From: an uncultured Rhodobacteraceae bacterium
Lineage (GTDB): Bacteria; Pseudomonadota; Alphaproteobacteria; Rhodobacterales; Rhodobacteraceae
DNA: 64,000 bases
Reading direction: 5' to 3'
Assembly (NCBI GenBank): GCA_913043905.1
Contig: CAJWNQ010000007.1
Location: 391-64,390, forward strand
The position numbers and the translations under genes were made by a program. This document shows positions 57,573 to 64,000 of this stretch, one piece after another. The notes beneath the pieces are model-generated. The model was given only the letters and a program-made list of their open reading frames with translations. It had not been told where the DNA came from and made no database searches. The stretch's first letter is position 1. Each line of letters starts with the position of its first letter.

Positions 57573-59528
57573 ATGACCGAACAATATAGGCATCTTCTCT
57601 CGCCAATCGATATTGGCCCCTTCACACTTCGCAATCGGATTCTGGTCACAGCCCATGTCCCTGGACTTGAGGCTGGCGGTCACGTCAATGAGGACTACAT
57701 AGCCTATCAGCGTGCCAAGGCACGGGGCGGTGCTGCGCTTCAAATCACTGGCTCTACTGCTGTTCATCGTTCTGGCTCGGTTGGCGCAGGACGTGGATTG
57801 AATGCCAGCAATGATAGTTGCATAGATGGTTATCAACGGCTGGCTGATGCAATTCACAGACATGACGGGCGCTTTCTGGTTCAACTCGGTCATGCAGGAG
57901 CCAATGTGGTAGACACTGGTGCAGGTCGCCCACTTATTGCTCCGTCTCCAATCATGTCCCGCATTTCACGTGAGACGCCGAAACAGATGACCATTTCTGA
58001 AATTGACGAGATCGTTGACGCACATGGAACTGCTGCAATTCGAGTACGCAAAGGTAACCTTGACGGAGTTGAGTTGCTTTCTGCCTTTGGCTATCTGCCA
58101 GCTGCGTTCCTATCACCCTATTCAAATACACGCACTGACGATTATGGCGGCTCATTAGAAAATCGTATGCGGTTCCTACTCCGAATCATAGATGCTGTAC
58201 GTGCTGGTGTCGGGCGTGACCGCATTCTAGGTGTGCGTCTTCCTGGCGATGAAAAGGTTGCAGGTGGGCTGACACAATCTGCCCTGCAGGAAATTGCCAA
58301 ACTGCTAGCTCAGACTGGATTAGTCGATTATCTCAACATCATCGTTGGCACAAATTACGAACGTGCGGGACGCATGGATCACTGGCCACCTACCCCCGCA
58401 CCTCATGGTCTTTTCGTGCCACTAGCCGCCGGCATTAAATCCCAAGTTGCAGTGCCCGTTTTTACTGCAGGACGTATTACCGATCCAGCAATGGCCAACG
58501 CTATCATCGAACGAGGTGACGCTGACATGGTTGGTATGACTCGGGCGCAAATATCTGACCCTGACCTTGTACGCAAACTGATCGAAGGGCGCCCACAAGA
58601 CATCCGACCTTGCGTTGGCGCCAATCTTTGTATCGCGCAAGGAATGGCTTCAAAACCAATCCGTTGCATTCACAACCCCATGACTGGACGTGATGCATCT
58701 TGGGGCGATCTATCGCCAACTGATGCACCAAAGAACGTTACCGTTATCGGTGGTGGCCCTGCAGGGCTGGAAGCCGCACGCGTCGCGGCTGAACGTGGTC
58801 ATAGAGTAACTCTTTTTGAGGCATCTAGCGATATTGGTGGCCAGTTGGCAATTTGGTCTAAGGCCCCAATGACCCAAGAATTTCGCAAGACACTAAACTG
58901 GTACAAAATCCAGTTAACCCAGCTCCAAGTTCATGTTCGTACGGGCCAACGCCTTACACCAAAAGATGTTGCCGTGCTGGACACAAACGTATTAATCTTG
59001 GCAACGGGTGCAATCCCCAAAAAACCCCTGTTGATTGCGACTGGCTCTGATGCAATTCCTGTCATTGACCCATGGCAGGCCATTGCCGATAGTCCTACCG
59101 GAAAGCACATCCTGATCAATGATGAAGGTGGAGGCCGCGCCGCCTTGTCAGCTGCCGACGCCTTGCTGGACCAGAACCGCATCACATTAGTCACTGCTGA
59201 ATATGCCATAGGCGAATTGGTCACCCCAACGGTACGTGCGCCTATCTACAAACGTTTTCTTACGGGAAAAGTTGTGATGCACCCATCACAGGAAATTCAT
59301 GCCATTGTCGGGAACACTGTAACGCTCCGCTCAGTTCACACAGGTGAAGCATTGGATATTCAAGATGTCGATATTGTAGTGGACTGGCGTGGTGGCCTCG
59401 TGGAGGACACGTTGCAGTCTGCAGTTGAGGCTCGTGGCTTGCCACATAATATTATTGGCGATTGTGTCGCTCCACGTCAGGTTCATATCGCAATTGCAGA
59501 AGGAGCCATGGCAGCCCGCGCTATTTAA
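57573..59528 (+). CDS. Two-domain flavoprotein: Old-Yellow-Enzyme-like FMN TIM barrel + FAD/NAD(P)-binding domain (2,4-dienoyl-CoA reductase / N-methylproline demethylase / amine dehydrogenase group)
   Basis: LLSPIDIGPFTLRNRILVTAH (OYE N-terminus), GVELLSAFGYL, the Cys-containing linker RPCVGANLCI....RCIHNP, and then the dinucleotide motif VIGGGPAGLEAA. Confidence 0.85.
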   Translation: MTEQYRHLLSPIDIGPFTLRNRILVTAHVPGLEAGGHVNEDYIAYQRAKARGGAALQITGSTAVHRSGSVGAGRGLNASNDSCIDGYQRLADAIHRHDGRFLVQLGHAGANVVDTGAGRPLIAPSPIMSRISRETPKQMTISEIDEIVDAHGTAAIRVRKGNLDGVELLSAFGYLPAAFLSPYSNTRTDDYGGSLENRMRFLLRIIDAVRAGVGRDRILGVRLPGDEKVAGGLTQSALQEIAKLLAQTGLVDYLNIIVGTNYERAGRMDHWPPTPAPHGLFVPLAAGIKSQVAVPVFTAGRITDPAMANAIIERGDADMVGMTRAQISDPDLVRKLIEGRPQDIRPCVGANLCIAQGMASKPIRCIHNPMTGRDASWGDLSPTDAPKNVTVIGGGPAGLEAARVAAERGHRVTLFEASSDIGGQLAIWSKAPMTQEFRKTLNWYKIQLTQLQVHVRTGQRLTPKDVAVLDTNVLILATGAIPKKPLLIATGSDAIPVIDPWQAIADSPTGKHILINDEGGGRAALSAADALLDQNRITLVTAEYAIGELVTPTVRAPIYKRFLTGKVVMHPSQEIHAIVGNTVTLRSVHTGEALDIQDVDIVVDWRGGLVEDTLQSAVEARGLPHNIIGDCVAPRQVHIAIAEGAMAARAI

Positions 59529-59786
59529 TCACTTCGTATTAGTCAGCAGAGCTAATAGAATTTTACCCTAATTCAACATTTATAACTTTACTAATCAGGA
59601 GAAATCTTATTTCCGATATCTAATTTTACATAGTGTTTTTAAATTACAGGAACATTTGTTTCATTTGCAATTTTACTATACGCAGGGGCAAAAGTTCCAC
59701 TCTGCATTTTCATCTGGATAAGATGAAACTAAAGATTTATCCAATGCCAGCATGAATCAGGGGTATTAAAAGTTGAGGCTGCATAA

Positions 59787-60383
59787 ATGAACTCTTGGGA
59801 TAAACGTTTTTTATCAGATGAATATCTATTTGGTACAGAACCCGCTCAAGCATTAGTGAAACTTGAAGAGCACCTTCTGCCCAATGGAAAAACTCTTGTA
59901 GTAGCTGATGGTGAGGGACGTAACTCTGTATACCTAGCAAGCAAAGGTTTTCAGGTTACTGCGACTGATTACTCCGAAGTTGGCTTAAGCAAAGCACGAA
60001 AACTGGCAGAAATGCAGGGTCAGAAAGTAAATTATTTAGTTCAAGATATATATGAGACTAACTGGTCTAATAATCAGTATGACAATGTTATCGCCATCTT
60101 TATCCAATTTGTTCCGCCTGAAAAACAGCGTTCAGTACTAAATAGCTTGAGAAAAGCGACAAAGTTTGGGGGCACTTTACTTGTACATGGATATACGCCT
60201 GAACAGGTCGCTCTGAAAACAGGAGGTCCACCAAATACTGATCATATGTATACTACAGAACTGCTCAATGAGATTTATTCAGGAATGAAAATAATCATAA
60301 GCAATGAGTACCGCATCGTTATCGAGGAGGGCCAAGGTCACAATGGAATGTCTGCTCTGATTGATTTCGTTGCCAAGAACTAA
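59787..60383 (+). CDS. Class I SAM-dependent methyltransferase (small, TehB/TPMT-like)
   Basis: Motif I variant LVVADGEGRNSVYLASKGFQVTATDYS. Confidence 0.8.
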   Translation: MNSWDKRFLSDEYLFGTEPAQALVKLEEHLLPNGKTLVVADGEGRNSVYLASKGFQVTATDYSEVGLSKARKLAEMQGQKVNYLVQDIYETNWSNNQYDNVIAIFIQFVPPEKQRSVLNSLRKATKFGGTLLVHGYTPEQVALKTGGPPNTDHMYTTELLNEIYSGMKIIISNEYRIVIEEGQGHNGMSALIDFVAKN

Positions 60384-61183
60384 ATTGAATTTATTTTTTT
60401 ATATATATAGCCCATTAAATTGAAAATAATGAACGAAACTGCAGCAGTGCATACTATAGTTGGACCAGCTGGTGTGTCAAAAACATAAGCTGCCTCGAGT
60501 CCACAAAATGCAGATAGGCTTCCTATAATTGCTGCAATTATTGCCATTGCTTCTGGAGTACGCGCAAAAATTCTTGCAGTTGCGGCTGGAATAATCAACA
60601 TTGCAACTATTAATAAAACTCCAACAACTTTTATGGCAACGGCAACAGTTATAGCTAATGAAAGAGTAAGTATCATTTTATCACGCTTGGGTTTGAGACC
60701 ATTAGCATATGCCATTTCTTCATTTAATGTACTTATTAAAAGTGGAGACCATCTCCAATACATCAGTAAGAGAACTAGTATTACTCCAATCCAAATTATG
60801 GCAAGATCATTTTGTGAGACTGCTAATATGTCACCAAATAAATATGCCATCAGATCGATTCTAATACCTGAAAGAAATGACACAAATACAAGTCCAAATG
60901 CTAGTGATGAGTGAGCTAAAACACCAAGCAGTGTATCCATGGCGTAATTTTTTCCAGAAAGAAGTGTCACAATCCAAGCCATGAGAAGTGCAACCATTAA
61001 TGCACCAGCAAAAACTGAAATTTGTAACATAAGTGATATCGCTACACCTAAAATTGCCGCATGGGCAGTTGCCTCACCAAAATAGGCCATTCTGCGCCAA
61101 ACCACAAAGCAACCAAGCGGAGCTGCCGCTAATGCAACACCAATGCCAGCCAACACCGCTCTTGTCATGAAATCATCAAGCAC
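60380..61183 (-). CDS. znuB: Zinc ABC transporter permease
   Basis: 267-aa polytopic ABC-3 family permease downstream of znuC, in a zur/znuA locus. Confidence 0.9.
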   Translation of the reverse strand: MLDDFMTRAVLAGIGVALAAAPLGCFVVWRRMAYFGEATAHAAILGVAISLMLQISVFAGALMVALLMAWIVTLLSGKNYAMDTLLGVLAHSSLAFGLVFVSFLSGIRIDLMAYLFGDILAVSQNDLAIIWIGVILVLLLMYWRWSPLLISTLNEEMAYANGLKPKRDKMILTLSLAITVAVAIKVVGVLLIVAMLIIPAATARIFARTPEAMAIIAAIIGSLSAFCGLEAAYVFDTPAGPTIVCTAAVSFIIFNLMGYIYKKINSI

Positions 61184-61928
61184 TATGCTTTACCTTTTTA
61201 TCGGTGTGATCGTGGTCATAATCATGGTCGTGGTCGTGGTGGTGTTGATATAATGCCAATGTTCCTTCTGTTTCTGCCCCAAACATTGCCTTATATTCTG
61301 GATCAGAGGCAACATTAGCAGGTGTCCCAGAGCAGCAAACATGCCCGTTTAGGCAAATTACTCGATCTGAAGCACTCATAACTACATGAAGATCATGACT
61401 AATCATTAATACAGCACAGTTTGTATCTCTTCTAACCTCTTCTATTTGTTTGTAAAATAATGCAGATCCTGGTTGATCAAGTCCCTGTGTTGCTTCATCT
61501 AGCAATAAAATATCTGGTTTATTCATTATTGCACGTGCCAAAAGAACGCGTTGGAATTGACCACCTGAGAGCTGAGATATTTGGTTTCTGAAAATATCAG
61601 GGGCACCTGCTTTTTCTAAGGCGTTAAAGCATTCTTTTTTACTAATGTTGTTTGATAAATTCATGAACCGTTCGACGGTCATTGGTAGGCTAGAATCAAA
61701 ATTCAATCTTTGGGGAACATACCCTATCTTAAGGCCAGTCTTTAAGGTCACTTTTCCTTCTTTAAGGGGTGTAGCGCCAATGATTGCGCGAAGGAGGCTT
61801 GTTTTTCCTGATCCATTAGGGCCCACAATTGTAATAATTTCTCCTGCATCAACCTTAAGATCCACGCCATGCAATACAGTTTTTGCACCATAGTTTACGC
61901 ATAGATTTTCAATTGAAATTAAATTCAT
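61176..61928 (-). CDS. znuC: Zinc ABC transporter ATP-binding protein with His/Asp-rich C-terminal tail
   Basis: GPNGSGKTS, LSGGQFQRVLLARA, LLLDEATQGLD. The tail is HHHDHDHDYDHDHTDKK. I prefer the ATG at 61928 (MNLISIENL), which overlaps the zur stop. Confidence 0.9.
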   Translation of the reverse strand: MNLISIENLCVNYGAKTVLHGVDLKVDAGEIITIVGPNGSGKTSLLRAIIGATPLKEGKVTLKTGLKIGYVPQRLNFDSSLPMTVERFMNLSNNISKKECFNALEKAGAPDIFRNQISQLSGGQFQRVLLARAIMNKPDILLLDEATQGLDQPGSALFYKQIEEVRRDTNCAVLMISHDLHVVMSASDRVICLNGHVCCSGTPANVASDPEYKAMFGAETEGTLALYQHHHDHDHDYDHDHTDKKVKHSA

Positions 61929-62422
61929 ATTTGGTTTGCTTCTATACATGATTGGCAGATACCTTGGGCTTCTATAATCGTATGTTCAATCTGGAAGCCT
62001 GTAGCGTTAGCTGTCTCTTTAAATGAAATATTATGTGGATAGGATTGCGTTTCAGCAACTGTGTTACATTTTTTACATATCAAAAACGCTGGAGAGTGAT
62101 TTGCACCAGGGAGTGAGCAGGCAACAAATGCATTTAATTTTTCTATTTTATGGGCAAATCCGTGTTCTACAAGAAAATCCAATGCACGGTATGCTACTGG
62201 TGGTTGATTGCTAAAACCTTGATCACGCAGCATTGCAAGTATTGCATACGCACCAAGTGCTTGATGCTCTTGAAGTAACAATTCTAAAACTTTTCTTCGT
62301 ATTGGCGTTAGATTCAGCTTATTTTTAATGCAATAATCTTCAGCTGAATTAATTGCATTTTCTAGGCAAGCGCCATGATTATGATGTTTAAATCCAACTA
62401 AAGTTGAAGTTTTTTTATTCAT
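61925..62422 (-). CDS. zur: Fur-family zinc uptake regulator
   Basis: Winged-helix region (LTPIRRKVLELL..), metal sites (HNH..C, CKKC....C..C), and locus context. Confidence 0.85.
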   Translation of the reverse strand: MNKKTSTLVGFKHHNHGACLENAINSAEDYCIKNKLNLTPIRRKVLELLLQEHQALGAYAILAMLRDQGFSNQPPVAYRALDFLVEHGFAHKIEKLNAFVACSLPGANHSPAFLICKKCNTVAETQSYPHNISFKETANATGFQIEHTIIEAQGICQSCIEANQI

Positions 62423-62441
62423 GGGGAAATCTCCTATTGCA

Positions 62442-62488
62442 ATGTTATAACATATTACATTACTAACAATTAATGTAATAATATAACG
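62442..62488. promoter_or_regulatory. Zur-box region: perfect palindrome ATGTTATAACAT (62442-62453) within a longer imperfect inverted repeat
   Basis: The ATGTTATAACAT core matches the Zur/Fur-type AT-rich dyad. TAATGTAATA (62471-62480) is the exact complement of TATTACATTA (62453-62462). The region lies between the divergent zur-znuCB and znuA. Confidence 0.65.
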
Positions 62489-62499
62489 TGAGAAAAGTA

Positions 62500-63459
62500 A
62501 TGTCCAGAAAACTTATAACAATATCAACAATTTTGACCTTAATGAGTACTAGCGTCATGGCTGATGTGCCGAATGTGGCTGCAGATATTGCGCCAGTTCA
62601 TTCCCTCGTTTCTAGGGTAATGGATGGTATTGGTGCGCCGAAATTAGTCGTACAATCAGGTGCATCACCTCATGGTTATAGACTTCGGCCATCTGAGGCT
62701 AAGGCGCTACAAGACGCTGACTTAGTTTTTTGGATGGGTGAAGAATTGACACCATGGTTGGATGGCGCACTTAAAACGCTAGCTTCCAAAGCATCTATAA
62801 CGACGCTAATGGATCAAGAGGGTGTTATCTTACATGACTTCCGTGAAAGTGTTCTTTTTGAAGCTCATGATCATTCTGACCATAATGACGAAAAAGATCA
62901 TGACGACCATGATGACGACAAAGACCATGACGACCACGATGATCATGGTGGTCACGATCCCCACTCATGGTTATCACCAGAAAATGCTAAATTATGGTTG
63001 AATATTATTGCATCTAAATTATCTGTTTCTGATCCTGAAAATGCAGCAACTTACTTTATGAATGCGGCTGCAGGGCAGACGGAAATTGAGGAAATGATCA
63101 CTGAAGTCAGCGCTACACTGAAGCCGGTTCAAGGTGGTAAATTTGTTGTGTTCCACGATGCGTATCAATATTTTGAAAATGATTTTGATTTTTATGCATC
63201 GGGTGCGATTTCCTTGAGTGATGCATCGGATCCAAGTCCTGCACGTGTCGCTAAAATTCAAAAAAGAATTCGTGATGAGGGAATTCAGTGTGTATTAGCT
63301 GAACCACAATTTAAAAGGGGCTTAGTCGCGACAGTCATGGAAGGTAGTGAAGCTACTGCGAGTGTTATAGATCCACTGGGTGCTGATTTAAAGACAGGAC
63401 CTAAGTTATACACGCAACTCATAATAAACATGGCTAAAACACTAAGAAATTGTCTCTAA
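62500..63459 (+). CDS. znuA: Zinc ABC transporter periplasmic binding protein with His/Asp-rich loop
   Basis: Signal peptide, cluster-9 SBP fold, and the loop HDHSDHNDEKDHDDHDDDKDHDDHDDHGGHDPH (nt 62866-62964). The start is ATG 62500 or GTG 62488. Confidence 0.9.
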   Translation: MSRKLITISTILTLMSTSVMADVPNVAADIAPVHSLVSRVMDGIGAPKLVVQSGASPHGYRLRPSEAKALQDADLVFWMGEELTPWLDGALKTLASKASITTLMDQEGVILHDFRESVLFEAHDHSDHNDEKDHDDHDDDKDHDDHDDHGGHDPHSWLSPENAKLWLNIIASKLSVSDPENAATYFMNAAAGQTEIEEMITEVSATLKPVQGGKFVVFHDAYQYFENDFDFYASGAISLSDASDPSPARVAKIQKRIRDEGIQCVLAEPQFKRGLVATVMEGSEATASVIDPLGADLKTGPKLYTQLIINMAKTLRNCL

Positions 63460-63474
63460 CATACTGGAATATTG

Positions 63475-63524
63475 TCTGGATGGACTATTGGGTTCTGCGT
63501 CTCCGTACATCCAGAAATTTTTTT
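63475..63524 (+). terminator. Hairpin + T-run after znuA
   Basis: TCTGGATG (63475-63482) pairs with CATCCAGA (63508-63515), followed by AATTTTTTT. The loop is large (25 nt). Confidence 0.4.
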
Positions 63525-63738
63525 GAAGAGATAATGTCCAACACCATGCATATGGGTACTGTCAGGCGTTATGATTTAAGGCTCTTAGAGCAACAACATA
63601 AAGCTACTTAAGCCTACTTGAAAGTTTTGATTATAAGGAGTGTAGGTGAACGCCATAGAGCAATAACTCTTTGAATATTGATTATCTAAATTTGATATAC
63701 TAGCTTTGGCGCAAAGGGCGCAAAGAAAGGGTACTACT

Positions 63739-64000
63739 ATGAGGCTTATTACATCAGCGATAGCCACTGTATTGTCATTAGTTTTTACCCAATTAAGTGC
63801 TCAGGATTTTAATAAAGGCTTTGTTGCATACAACGCTGGAGATTACGCTACAGCCCTGCAGGAGTGGAAACCCTTAGCTGAACAAGGCAAAGCTTCTGCA
63901 CAATTAAATCTTGGGATTATATACGAGAGAGGTAAAGACGTTCTTGTAGACTACGCTAAAGCTGTGAAGTGGTACCGACTGTCAGCTGAACAAGGCAATG
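63739..64000 (+). CDS. Secreted Sel1-repeat protein (N-terminal part; runs off the window)
   Basis: Own translation: MRLITSAIATVLSLVFTQLSAQDFNKGFVAYNAGDYATALQEWKPLAEQGKASAQLNLGIIYERGKDVLVDYAKAVKWYRLSAEQGN = signal peptide plus canonical Sel1 repeats. Confidence 0.8.
   Translation, partial: MRLITSAIATVLSLVFTQLSAQDFNKGFVAYNAGDYATALQEWKPLAEQGKASAQLNLGIIYERGKDVLVDYAKAVKWYRLSAEQGN

Noticed and set aside
57315-59445. Antisense ORFs over the flavoprotein gene and its upstream region (57315-57893, 58403-58731, 58931-59224, 59260-59445).
   Set aside because: Same reasoning: these are shadow ORFs in higher-GC coding DNA with no recognisable domains.
62866-62964. GAT/CAT/GAC-rich microsatellite-like stretch, with a similar one at 61179-61244.
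   Set aside because: It codes in frame for the His/Asp-rich metal-binding loop of ZnuA and the tail of ZnuC. It is not a non-coding repeat.
63585-63767. 60-aa minus-strand ORF between znuA and the Sel1 gene.
   Set aside because: It overlaps the start of the well-supported Sel1-repeat gene and has no motifs. It is likely spurious.
1-64000. Scanned for rRNA, tRNA (T-loop GGTTCGAAT-type boxes), CRISPR arrays, integrases/recombinases, phage structural genes, toxin-antitoxin pairs and known anti-phage defence genes.
   Set aside because: None was recognised by eye. The only defence-related signal is the truncated hsdM at 55123-55335. A tRNAscan, Infernal and defence-HMM run would be needed to be certain.

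Overview
This is a 64-kb chromosomal segment from a transport-rich, marine-type proteobacterium. The PyrE type and the zur/znuCB-znuA layout look alphaproteobacterial, but that is inference. All homology calls were made by eye from motifs and remembered family signatures; nothing was searched.

I support about 58 protein-coding genes, 4 gene relics, and a handful of hairpins and operators. I found no rRNA, tRNA, CRISPR array, integrase or prophage.

Composition is mosaic. The backbone is AT-rich, roughly 28-38% GC on hand-counted 60-nt lines. Three higher-GC blocks interrupt it, roughly 45-62% on single lines.
- Block 1 (1-7050): LacI regulator plus a DUF1989-GcvT demethylase (Tdm-like) plus a ProVWX/TmoVWX-like ABC importer. 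It ends at a decayed IS6-family element.
- Block 2 (~36.9-39.1 kb): adenine-deaminase-type amidohydrolase plus a cytoplasmic sulfite-oxidase-fold molybdoenzyme.
- Block 3 (~53.6-54.9 and 55.33-59.53 kb): EamA exporter, then a kinase, a TIM-barrel isomerase and an OYE/FAD oxidoreductase. The second part starts exactly where a type I R-M hsdM gene is truncated.

The rest of the window holds a TAXI-TRAP system, two polar amino-acid ABC importers, two MFS transporters, and a YbbAP/AttEFGH-like ABC operon. It also holds a DUF1800-DUF1501 operon, a secreted nuclease facing a secreted pentapeptide-repeat protein, and a zur-znuCB/znuA zinc locus.

The most interesting candidate system is at 41.0-50.1 kb. 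A divergent XRE regulator with a perfect 18-bp palindrome controls a DctPQM TRAP transporter. That transporter lies in the same apparent operon as a closely packed run of PyrK/PyrD (class 1B), an M20 N-carbamoyl-L-amino-acid amidohydrolase, PyrC, PyrE and a small unknown protein. I read this as an orotate / dihydroorotate / N-carbamoyl-aspartate uptake, catabolism or salvage locus. This is a hypothesis, and alternatives are stated in the finding.
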